Shown here: positions 18,021 through 26,795 of the stretch, one piece after another
How the letters are laid out: every line of letters begins with the position of its first letter
Position numbering within the stretch: the first letter of the stretch is position 1
From: Candidatus Puniceispirillum sp.
Lineage (GTDB): Bacteria; Pseudomonadota; Alphaproteobacteria; Puniceispirillales; Puniceispirillaceae
Assembly: GCA_028382965.1 (NCBI GenBank)
Contig: JAOEUK010000006.1
Coordinates: forward strand, 15,527-79,526
DNA: 64,000 nucleotides
Direction: 5' to 3'
Translations under genes and position numbers: made by a program
Notes under the pieces: generated by a model
Database searches by the model: none
What the model saw: the letters and a program-made list of their open reading frames with translations, nothing else
Told to the model about the DNA's origin: nothing

Positions 18021-18470
18021 ATGAAACTGACGGTATATCTATCAGGTGAAATTCATACAAGTTGGCGTGACGATGTTATTATGGCTTGTGAAAAGCAGTG
18101 TTTAGACATCACATTTTTAGAGCCAGTGACAGACCACGGCGCATCTGATGATTGTGGAATTGAGATTATGGGCGCTGAACCAGATAAATTCTGGCATGAC
18201 CATAAAGGCGCCAAATTGAATGCAATTCGAACTCGCACAGCTATCGGCCAGTCAGATGTTGTTGTGGTACGATTTGGTGATAAATATAAGCAATGGAATG
18301 CTGCTTTTGATGCTGGGTACGCCGCAGCACTCGGAAAAGCATTGGTGGTCATGCATGGAAGTGATCATCAACATGCTCTGAAGGAGGTTGACGGGGCGGC
18401 CCTTGCTGTTGTTAAAACTGCTGATCAAGTGGCGGCAATATTGACGTATGTTATTACGGGCAAGATTTAA
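18021..18470 (+). CDS. YtoQ-family protein (nucleoside 2-deoxyribosyltransferase-like fold, function unknown)
   Basis: 149 aa. It aligns along its length with remembered B. subtilis YtoQ (VYLSGEIHTSWR..., FGDKYKQWNAAFDAGYA). Confidence 0.75.
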   Translation: MKLTVYLSGEIHTSWRDDVIMACEKQCLDITFLEPVTDHGASDDCGIEIMGAEPDKFWHDHKGAKLNAIRTRTAIGQSDVVVVRFGDKYKQWNAAFDAGYAAALGKALVVMHGSDHQHALKEVDGAALAVVKTADQVAAILTYVITGKI

Positions 18471-18475
18471 TAGAG

Positions 18476-19558
18476 ATGGCTATGGAACCTGTGACAAGAA
18501 CGCCTCTTATTTTCGATGGTCATAATGACATTTTATCACTTTTATATAAATTAGGTCTGAGTAATGATGGAGGTGTTGATCATAGCATTTTTGCGGGAGA
18601 TATGCCAGGTCACCTTGACTTGGCTAAAATGCGCAATGGTGGTTTTGGTGGCGGATTTTTTGCAATCTACGTGCCATCGTTGATTGATCTGGAGAGCAAA
18701 AATTCGCAGATGAACATGCCCAAATATGATTTAGCATTACCGCCGGAGATTTCCGTTGAAGACGCCTTGCCAATTGCAGTTGAACAGGCAGCCATTCTGC
18801 ACCGGATGGAAAAGGCTGGCTATTTAACCATCTGTAAAGATGTGACCATGCTGCAATCATGTTTGGCTGATGGCAAAATCGCAGCCATTATGCATATTGA
18901 AGGTGCAGAGCCGATTGATCGTGATTTTTATAATCTGGATATGTTTTGGCGCGCTGGATTGCGGTCTATTGGCCCTTTATGGAGCCGACCAAACCGCTTT
19001 GGACATGGCGTACCATTCCGGTTTCCGAGTAGCGGTGACATTGGTCCAGGTTTAAGTGATGATGGGAAAAGGCTGGTCCGCTATTGTGACGAAAATGGCA
19101 TTCTAATTGATTTGTCGCATTTGAATGAAGCTGGTTTTTGGGACGTTGTTAAACAGTCAGACGCGCCCCTTGTGGCCACTCATTCTAACGCTCACAACAT
19201 TAGCCCGCATGCGCGCAACTTAACAGATAGGCAGCTCATGGCTATTGCCGACAGTGATGGGATGGTTGGATTAAATTTTGCTGTTGCCTTTTTGCGTCCC
19301 GATGGTCGCATGCAGTCTGATACAGGATTTGATATAATGCTTCGTCATCTTGACCACTTTCTTGAGCATCTTGGTGAAGACCGTGTTGGATTTGGATCAG
19401 ACTTTGATGGCACCACTGTGCCAGAAGGTATAGCGAATGCGTCTGGTCTGCCAGCACTACGGCAGGCCATGAGAGAACATGGTTATAACGATGTTTTGAT
19501 GACCAAATTATGTCATTCAAACTGGGTGAGGGTTTTAGGCAAGATTTGGAAGGCTTAA
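18476..19558 (+). CDS. M19 membrane (renal-type) dipeptidase family protein
   Basis: 360 aa with FDGHNDIL at the N-terminus, THSNAH, and GFGSDFDG. It starts 5 bp after the YtoQ stop. Confidence 0.8.
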   Translation: MAMEPVTRTPLIFDGHNDILSLLYKLGLSNDGGVDHSIFAGDMPGHLDLAKMRNGGFGGGFFAIYVPSLIDLESKNSQMNMPKYDLALPPEISVEDALPIAVEQAAILHRMEKAGYLTICKDVTMLQSCLADGKIAAIMHIEGAEPIDRDFYNLDMFWRAGLRSIGPLWSRPNRFGHGVPFRFPSSGDIGPGLSDDGKRLVRYCDENGILIDLSHLNEAGFWDVVKQSDAPLVATHSNAHNISPHARNLTDRQLMAIADSDGMVGLNFAVAFLRPDGRMQSDTGFDIMLRHLDHFLEHLGEDRVGFGSDFDGTTVPEGIANASGLPALRQAMREHGYNDVLMTKLCHSNWVRVLGKIWKA

Positions 19559-19561
19559 GCA

Positions 19562-20752
19562 CTAACCCCGTTGATTAAAACGCTTGTCAACTAGTGCGGC
19601 AGCAATATTTATTTTTTGGATGTCGATAGATCCACCTGCAATTCCCCATCCCCAGGCATCACGCATTTTTTGTTCTATTGGATAGGATTTAGAATAGCCA
19701 TAGCCGCCCAATAACTGCACAGCTGCGCCAGAAACTTCACGGGCAATCTCGTTGGCATAGCATTTTGCTATTGAGCTATCAGCAATTGACGGTAGTTTTT
19801 GTTCTGCATTATTGACGGCCCGATATAAAAGTAGCCGACTTGCATCCAGTTTCATTTTCATCTGAGCAATTTGTAATTGGACTGCCTGAAACTCGATGAT
19901 TGGCTTGCCAAATTGCTCGCGCTCTTGAACATAATCAAGCGTATACTCAAATGCGGATTGACCACAGGCTAAACTCATCGTTGTATTACCGCAGCGTTCA
20001 AGGTCAAAGGCTTCCATCAGCTGTTTAAAACCACCAGCAGGAACAATGATATTCTCAACAGGTACTTCGACATTATCAAAATACATATCAGCGCTCGCAA
20101 TGCCTCTCCACCCCATATGCAATTCTGGGGTCCCAAAAGTGAATCCATCTGCTCCTTTTTCGACAAGAACTGCTCCGATGCCTTTGGCCCCAGGATCGTC
20201 AGATAAACGGCAGTAAACGACGTAGGCGTCAGCATGGCCACCGCCAGAACACCAGCGCTTGTTACCATTTAAAATTATTTTATTGCCATTCTTTTTGCCA
20301 GTAGTTTTGAGGTCCGTTAGCGCTGTGCCTGCCTGCGGTTCTGACATTGAAACTGCAACTACCATCTCACCTGAGCAGACTTTTGGAAGGATCCGCTGCC
20401 GTAATGCTTCGGGTGCAAAATGTGCGATGGCCAAGGCTGGTCCAAAACTCGCTTCAAAGACAGGAAAAGCAACCGCAACTGAAATCTTTGCCAGTTCCTC
20501 CAATACAAGTACAGCTTCGAAATGGTTGAGCCCGGCCCCGCCATAGGCGGTCGGCAGATTTATGCCCATAAACCCCATTTCAGCGAAACGTTTGCGAAGC
20601 TCTAAACTTGGTGGAACATTATTTTTTTCGATTATTTTGGCATGAGTCGGAAGTTCTTTTTTGGCAAATCGGCGCGCGGTTTCCTGAAGAGCGTTCTGTT
20701 CAGCATTGAGTAAAAAATCCATAGCCTGTCCATCTGGATCGATGACAGCCAA
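19562..20752 (-). CDS. acyl-CoA dehydrogenase family protein
   Basis: 396 aa with the ACAD N, middle and C domains (SEPQAGT, RWCSGG, QFGKPI). For the unusual catalytic-base arrangement, see findings. Confidence 0.85.
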   Translation of the reverse strand: MAVIDPDGQAMDFLLNAEQNALQETARRFAKKELPTHAKIIEKNNVPPSLELRKRFAEMGFMGINLPTAYGGAGLNHFEAVLVLEELAKISVAVAFPVFEASFGPALAIAHFAPEALRQRILPKVCSGEMVVAVSMSEPQAGTALTDLKTTGKKNGNKIILNGNKRWCSGGGHADAYVVYCRLSDDPGAKGIGAVLVEKGADGFTFGTPELHMGWRGIASADMYFDNVEVPVENIIVPAGGFKQLMEAFDLERCGNTTMSLACGQSAFEYTLDYVQEREQFGKPIIEFQAVQLQIAQMKMKLDASRLLLYRAVNNAEQKLPSIADSSIAKCYANEIAREVSGAAVQLLGGYGYSKSYPIEQKMRDAWGWGIAGGSIDIQKINIAAALVDKRFNQRG

Positions 20753-20932
20753 CTAGACAGCACTGCCAGAATTGTAAAAATAGAGAATGGTAACCCTGCC
20801 AATTTTCTCTTAAGCTGTAAATTGAAAATTAACAAATAGAATTAAATTAACCATTATATGATAATTGGCTTCTGGCGACGATGGTAACTGGAAGCTTGGA
20901 AAAATGGATACAACGCTGTAATAGGATAAACA

Positions 20933-22159
20933 ATGACAAATCATGAAGCCCCAATGGCGCTTGCTGGATTGAAAGTCCTTGATTTAAGTCGAATTTTAGC
21001 TGGACCTTATGCTGCACAGACGCTTGCTGATCTTGGAGCAGATGTGGTTAAAGTTGAAAATCCAGATGGCGGTGACGACACACGTAAGTGGGGGCCACCT
21101 TTCACTCAGAACGCCGATGGTAGCCGTGACGATGCAGCTTATTTTTCAGCATGCAATCGTAATAAACGATCGATCGCAATTGATTTTTCTACTAAAGATG
21201 GCGCAGATCTGGTACGCAAACTTGCCAGCAAGGCCGATGTTTTGATTGAGAATTTCAAACCTGGCGGGTTACTAAAATACGGCCTTGATTATGCGTCAAT
21301 TAAACGTCTTAACCCAGGAATTATCTATTGTTCAATAACCGGTTTTGGCCAAACAGGTCCGTACTCACATCGATCAGGGTATGATTTTTTAATCCAGGGA
21401 ATGGGTGGCTTGATGAGCATTACTGGTCAGCCTGATGGTAGCCCAGGCAGTGGGCCAATGAAGGTTGGTGTGGCCGTGTGTGACTTGTTTACTGGTATGT
21501 TTACCGCCAATGCTGCCCTAGCAGCCCTGGCGTATCGACACAAAACTGGTCAGGGGCAACATATTGATTGCGCTCTTCTTGATAGCCAGATTGCAATGCT
21601 CGCGAATCAGTCGGCAAATTGGCTTAATGCAGAGGTGTGTCCAGGCCGTATGGGTAACAATCATCCAAGCGTTGTGCCCTATACAGTATATCAAGCAAAG
21701 GATGGATTTGTGATTGTTGCCTGCGGGAATGACAAACAGTTTGTCCGCTTGACCGCTGCACTTTCGGTGCCTAGCCTCGCAGACGAGGTTGATTTTGCGA
21801 CTAATGAAGCACGGATTAAAAATCGTAACCGTTTAGACACAGCGCTTGGAAGCATTGTTAGCATGATGGATCGTGACGAGGTCATCAGTAAGCTCGAGGC
21901 TGCTGGCGTATCATGTGGCCCAATTAATAATATAGCTGAGGTGTTTACTGACCCACATGTGCAAGCTCGCGGTTTAAGGATTGATCAGTGGCGTGATGAT
22001 GGTAGTAAAATATCAAATACAGCATTTCCGGCCAAGCTCAGTGTGACCCCAGCCCAATATAGAGCACCGCCTCCAAGGTTAGGGGAGCACAACAAACAAG
22101 TATTAAGGGACTGGTTTGAGAATGAATGTAATGGTGAAGTTTCTTCCCCGGATAAATAA
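20933..22159 (+). CDS. family III CoA-transferase, SUGCT/glutarate-CoA-transferase-like
   Basis: 408 aa. LKVLDLSRILAGPYAAQTLADLGADVVKVENPDGGDDTRKWGPPF closely matches the remembered SUGCT-type N-terminus. The Asp block is VCDLFTG. Confidence 0.8.
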   Translation: MTNHEAPMALAGLKVLDLSRILAGPYAAQTLADLGADVVKVENPDGGDDTRKWGPPFTQNADGSRDDAAYFSACNRNKRSIAIDFSTKDGADLVRKLASKADVLIENFKPGGLLKYGLDYASIKRLNPGIIYCSITGFGQTGPYSHRSGYDFLIQGMGGLMSITGQPDGSPGSGPMKVGVAVCDLFTGMFTANAALAALAYRHKTGQGQHIDCALLDSQIAMLANQSANWLNAEVCPGRMGNNHPSVVPYTVYQAKDGFVIVACGNDKQFVRLTAALSVPSLADEVDFATNEARIKNRNRLDTALGSIVSMMDRDEVISKLEAAGVSCGPINNIAEVFTDPHVQARGLRIDQWRDDGSKISNTAFPAKLSVTPAQYRAPPPRLGEHNKQVLRDWFENECNGEVSSPDK

Positions 22160-22178
22160 GACATGGCTAATGCTTTTA

Positions 22179-22577
22179 TTATTTATCAAACTGTTCCTTC
22201 ATAGAACCAAAGATGGACTTCATCCTTGGTGAAACTGAACAATCTGCGACTAATGTTACGGTAGGCGCTACTTCCTGAGGGATGTCATCATATCTAAACG
22301 CTGGGTAAGCACTTGAGACAGCTAGCTGGATTTTTGTGCCTTCTGGAAGTCTCATTGTTGCTACCCCACCGCGGAACACGGCTGATCGATTTTTTTCAGG
22401 AACTGATAGCACAAAAACATCATCCGATACTGAGCATTGGTTATCCAGATAAGCTCTGACAGTAATGACCCTTGGTGGTTCAAAATTGCCACTAAAGTTT
22501 GGGGAGAAAAACCAGAACAGACTGAATAGCACTAAAATTATCAATCCGGTTGCTATTAGGGTAAGTGCAAGCTTCAT
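22179..22577 (-). CDS. hypothetical membrane-anchored protein
   Basis: 132 aa with one N-terminal TM helix (LTLIATGLIILVLFSLFWFF) and a roughly 100-aa soluble domain. I recognise no family. It is co-directional with the DHDPS-like gene, 48 bp downstream. Confidence 0.45.
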   Translation of the reverse strand: MKLALTLIATGLIILVLFSLFWFFSPNFSGNFEPPRVITVRAYLDNQCSVSDDVFVLSVPEKNRSAVFRGGVATMRLPEGTKIQLAVSSAYPAFRYDDIPQEVAPTVTLVADCSVSPRMKSIFGSMKEQFDK

Positions 22578-22625
22578 TAATAAACCCCTATGAAGAACAG
22601 CTATGAAAGATCAAGAACAGGTTTT

Positions 22626-23531
22626 TTAAAAATGCATATCAAATTGACTGGCAAGGTCATTGGCTAAAGCATCAAGTTTATCTTTATCCATCGGCCGCAT
22701 AGGGGGGCGAAGGTTGTTCCATGCGCTGTGACCAGTAGACCGGGCTAGAAGAGCTTTTTGTGCTGGAATAGGTGCATAGTCTTGAAACATGTAACGAACT
22801 GCTTTGACTTTTTTTTGCTTAACCTCGGCTTCATCCCATCCGCCGGCAAGACATAATTCAATGACTTCTGCGATGTCGGTGCTGTTCAAATTGGCGGTAG
22901 CTGAAATGCAACCTGGCGCACCAAGTTTAATCGCCGCAATGATTGGCAGTTCTGACCCTGGATAAACAACCAGTCCTTCAATTCGAAGCAGGGCCTGAGT
23001 GTTTTCCCAGTCACCAGAGCTGTCTTTAATGCCAACAACAACATTTGGAAATTTAGTATGAAGTTTTTGGACAAGATCAATGGATAAGCCAACCCCAGAA
23101 ACTTGAGGGATATGATAAAGATAGATTTTCAACCTTGGATCATTCACTCCATCAATCAACTGTGCGTAGTAGTCATACAAACCCTCGTCACTCATTCCTT
23201 TAAAATAGAACGGTGGCAATAACATTACTCCAGCACATCCAAGACCAACTGCGTGTTGGCACAGTCTAATTGTATCAGGGAGGTTGCAAAGGCCAGTGCC
23301 AGGAATCATGATCGCCGGATCAATACCTGCAGCTATTAGTCCTTCAAGAGCAATTTTGCGCTCATCATTGCTAACAGAGAGTGCCTCACCAGTTGTGCCA
23401 AAAGGTGCTAGACCACTGACGCCCGTTTCGAGCAGATGTTTAGCTAGCTCATTATAAAGGGATTGGTCAACTTTGAGGGTGTCATCGAACGGAGTAAGAA
23501 GTGGGGCAATAAGACCTTTAATCATCATCAT
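22626..23531 (-). CDS. dihydrodipicolinate synthase/N-acetylneuraminate lyase-family (class I aldolase) protein
   Basis: The probable start is the ATG triplet run at 23531 (MMMIKGLIAPLLTPF). It has GTTGE, YHIP and the Schiff-base Lys region (VVGIKDSSG). The longer track ORF adds an implausible N-terminal extension. Confidence 0.8.
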   Translation of the reverse strand: MMMIKGLIAPLLTPFDDTLKVDQSLYNELAKHLLETGVSGLAPFGTTGEALSVSNDERKIALEGLIAAGIDPAIMIPGTGLCNLPDTIRLCQHAVGLGCAGVMLLPPFYFKGMSDEGLYDYYAQLIDGVNDPRLKIYLYHIPQVSGVGLSIDLVQKLHTKFPNVVVGIKDSSGDWENTQALLRIEGLVVYPGSELPIIAAIKLGAPGCISATANLNSTDIAEVIELCLAGGWDEAEVKQKKVKAVRYMFQDYAPIPAQKALLARSTGHSAWNNLRPPMRPMDKDKLDALANDLASQFDMHF

Positions 23532-23823
23532 GCTTTCTATTTTGAAGTGAACTGTTTTAAATTGGACAGCAGCCACGAGCAATATATCAATGTTATTTTT
23601 AACAAGTATGACTGGAAAGTTGTTGTTTCTCAAGTCGTGCTATACAAAAAGCTTTCTCTGTCCGACTTTCTGGCGTCTATGTGAAATTTTTGTAAATAGG
23701 AAGATGCTGCTTTGTTTTACTGCCAATCAGCTTTAGAGTTAGTTTAGTTTTTTGCGCCAATACTGTCGCACGATCTATAAGTTGTATGTCATGCTTTAAT
23801 CCACCAGAAAGAAATGAATATCA

Positions 23824-25248
23824 ATGAGTGATGAAACCATGAGCTCGCGGCGCTCTACAAAGATTGTTGCCACCCTGGGGGATATGTCTTCAAGTCCGGC
23901 TACACTGGCCAGTCTATGTGCAGCAGGAGTGAATGTTTTCCGGTTGAATTTTTCACACGGGACACGTGAAGAACAAGGTGCACGGATTGATGTAATAAGA
24001 GCCCTTGAAGCTAAGACGGGCGCTCCAAGTTGTATTCTAGCAGACCTACAAGGGCCAAAATTTCGTGTTGGAAAGGTTGCTGAAGGCGTAATTGTTGAAG
24101 CTGGGGAACAAATCACTTTTGATCTCAGTACTGATGAAGGCAGCGCCAGAATTGTTGGGTTGCCTCACGCTGAAATTTTTAAGGCGATGTATCCAGGTGC
24201 TCGCCTTCTCATGGATGATGGTAAGCTTGTATTTAAAGTTGTGTCGGTTGATATAGAGAGCTTTGTTGCAGAAGTTCTAGTTGGCGGCCCACTCAAAAGC
24301 CGAAAAGGGGTTAATCTACCTGATATTGTGCTGGACACCACGCCGTTAACGGAAAAAGATCTGGCTGACCTTAAATATGCGCTGAGCAAAGGTGTTGATT
24401 GGGTGGCGTTATCCTTTGTGCAGCGTGCTAGCGATGTGATTGCCGCACGAACTATTATTGGTAAACAGGCAGCTTTAATGTCAAAGATTGAAAAGCCAGC
24501 TGCGCTGAAGGACCTGAATGATATTATAGCGGCATCTGATGGAGTTATGGTTGCTCGTGGCGACCTAGGGGTTGAACTGCCGCCAGAGCAGGTTCCGGGA
24601 TGGCAGAAAACTATTATTTCAAAATGCAGGATGATTGGGAAACCAGTGGTGGTTGCAACACAGATGCTGGAGTCAATGATTGAAGCACCAACTCCTACCA
24701 GGGCTGAAGCATCGGATGTAGCAGGTGCTGTGTTTGATGGCGCTGATGCGGTAATGCTTTCTGCAGAAACAGCCGCTGGTCAATATCCCGTAGAGTCGGT
24801 TGAGTTTATGGCGCGAATCGTGGCGTCTGCTGAAGCACATATCCGGTTTAATCCGGGCTCAGGGCCAATTGGACTGCCAGTTGAGCAAAGTGTTTATCAC
24901 GCAGTTGCAAAAACCAGCGTTGCCCTTGCTGAAACAGTTGGGGCCAAGGTCATGGTGGCTTTTTCTAGTTCAGGCAATACCGCAGTTCGTATTGCGCGAG
25001 AGCGACCTAGTATTCCTTTTCTTGTGATGACGCCTGATGTTAAGGTCCAGCGCAAACTGTGCTTACTGTGGGGAACGCGGAGTAGCGCCAGTGCCTACAG
25101 TGATGATTTTGAGTCTGCTATAATTGAAGCAATTGGTGAAATTCGAAACCGAGGCATGGCGGTTACTGGGCAGCAGATTGTTGTAGTTGCTGGCATGCCG
25201 TTTGGGATCGTAGGGACGACAAACTCAATGCGAGTAGTTACTCTATAG
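23824..25248 (+). CDS. pyk: pyruvate kinase
   Basis: 474 aa with RSTKIVATLG, FRLNFSHG, MVARGDLGVE, ATQMLESM and the C-terminal regulatory domain. Confidence 0.9.
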   Translation: MSDETMSSRRSTKIVATLGDMSSSPATLASLCAAGVNVFRLNFSHGTREEQGARIDVIRALEAKTGAPSCILADLQGPKFRVGKVAEGVIVEAGEQITFDLSTDEGSARIVGLPHAEIFKAMYPGARLLMDDGKLVFKVVSVDIESFVAEVLVGGPLKSRKGVNLPDIVLDTTPLTEKDLADLKYALSKGVDWVALSFVQRASDVIAARTIIGKQAALMSKIEKPAALKDLNDIIAASDGVMVARGDLGVELPPEQVPGWQKTIISKCRMIGKPVVVATQMLESMIEAPTPTRAEASDVAGAVFDGADAVMLSAETAAGQYPVESVEFMARIVASAEAHIRFNPGSGPIGLPVEQSVYHAVAKTSVALAETVGAKVMVAFSSSGNTAVRIARERPSIPFLVMTPDVKVQRKLCLLWGTRSSASAYSDDFESAIIEAIGEIRNRGMAVTGQQIVVVAGMPFGIVGTTNSMRVVTL

Positions 25249-25470
25249 AATAATTACTGTACTTCTTAGAATGCTTGATTTTTTGGCTTTGATTTTGATG
25301 TTTTCACTTTTGGCTTAAATTCTTAATTATGAAATGACTCGCGATGGAGCGCGTAGAATGGTTTTCAAACATCATTAATTTATAAACAGACGGCTACAAA
25401 CTTTGGATTTTAGCCGCTTGATTTTCAGTCAAAATGAATTGTTCTAAGCCAGAAGAACTCAACCATGACA

Positions 25471-26013
25471 TCATTCCAAAATCTTGAGCCAATGATTAAC
25501 TGGTAATTGACCGGTTTCCTTTGCCCAAAAAGCAAAAGCGGCGATGCAGATGATGATCAGTATATATAAGGGTGTATAGCTGGTTTTCAGTTTATTATCT
25601 GGCTCAGTCTGGTGGGCTATAATCTTGTCTGCTATTGTTGGGCTTAATTCATTTCCCTTGATTTTTTGTCCGTGTTCAGCTTGGCCAAGCTCAAATTTAC
25701 TATCGCACAAAGGACAGCGTAGCTCCATAGTCGTTTGATCTGGCAACGGATTGGGAATAGTTATTAGTTCTTTGCAAGACGGACATTCGTTTACCTGCAT
25801 TTTTTCAGGGTGAGCTATCCCATCATCTTTTGTGTGATCCCCATCAAGGGAAAACTGCTTGGAGCAATGGTGGCAGGCAATCGCAACCTTTTTGTTTGCC
25901 AAGTGTTCTGCATCAATTTCATTTTGCGAAACAAGGCAAGGGCCATCACAATGAGGGCAATGTTTTATAACCATATCTTTAATGTTCATATTCATCATTC
26001 CCATTTTTGTCAT
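25471..26013 (-). CDS. tail-anchored double zinc-ribbon protein (hypothetical)
   Basis: Two CxxC...CxxC pairs (CPHC..CHHC and CPSC..CPLC) and a C-terminal TM helix (LYILIIICIAAFAFW). The start is chosen at ATG 26013 (MTKMG) so it no longer overlaps the upstream TPR gene. Confidence 0.5.
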   Translation of the reverse strand: MTKMGMMNMNIKDMVIKHCPHCDGPCLVSQNEIDAEHLANKKVAIACHHCSKQFSLDGDHTKDDGIAHPEKMQVNECPSCKELITIPNPLPDQTTMELRCPLCDSKFELGQAEHGQKIKGNELSPTIADKIIAHQTEPDNKLKTSYTPLYILIIICIAAFAFWAKETGQLPVNHWLKILE

Positions 26014-26038
26014 TTTCTCAGTAGTTTTTTGGTTTTTT

Positions 26039-26617
26039 TTAAAGCGCGCGACCGTTGAGCGTTTGTCCAAGATTGTCAATAATCATGTCAATTTTTGGTA
26101 AGTAAGGGTTCATTTTTTGGGCGGCACTATAAGCCTGCAATGCGCCCTGCATATTGCCAGTCTGCACATAAATCATGCCAAGTCCTGAAAGTGCGCCGAA
26201 GTGGCGTGGTTCTAATTTGATAACCTGTAGAATATCAGCAGTTGATCCCTTATTATTGCCAAGAAAGAAACGGACTGTTGCTCTCTTATTCCAGGCCTCT
26301 GCAAAATTTGGTTGCCTATTGATAACTCGGCTAAAAACAGTTTCGGCAGCATTTAGCTTGCCAGCATTCATTAAATCGCTAGCAGTACTCATTTCCTTAT
26401 TGGCCCGCTGATCTGTTGGATGGCTGCTCCACCTGGTCCAGATCTCGTGTTCAAGTTTTGCTGCCTGCCCTTGAGATGCGCTGGCTTGAAGAGCACTAAA
26501 AAGATCATCAAGCTTGGGATCATTCTGATCAGCAGAAGCAAATGAGCCAAGAATCAAGCTGAAGGTGCTTAACCAAAAGCTCCAAAACATTAGGTTGCGC
26601 ACTTTTTTCATAGTCAT
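26039..26617 (-). CDS. secreted TPR-repeat protein
   Basis: 192 aa with a signal peptide (FSLILGSFASA|DQ) and TPR-like repeats (AEAWNKRATVRFFLGN, ALSGLGMIYVQTGNMQGALQAY). Confidence 0.65.
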   Translation of the reverse strand: MTMKKVRNLMFWSFWLSTFSLILGSFASADQNDPKLDDLFSALQASASQGQAAKLEHEIWTRWSSHPTDQRANKEMSTASDLMNAGKLNAAETVFSRVINRQPNFAEAWNKRATVRFFLGNNKGSTADILQVIKLEPRHFGALSGLGMIYVQTGNMQGALQAYSAAQKMNPYLPKIDMIIDNLGQTLNGRAL

Positions 26618-26795
26618 TTATAGCCCTGATCATTAAAGTAGACACCTTATAGCTTCGATAACAAATTGCCAAGTTTTGACACTTCATTTCATTTGATTGC
26701 GAAAAAATGAGACGTGTGCAATCATTTTTTAATTATTTGAGCATTCAAAAAAATGCTCTTTTAAAGATGGTAAATGGAAAGTTAAGGAAGTAGTC

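Noticed and set aside
23532-23633. 34-codon N-terminal extension of the DHDPS-like ORF
   Set aside because: The family N-terminus (MIKGLIAPLLTPF) begins at the ATG run at 23531. The extension is AT-rich and hydrophobic nonsense.
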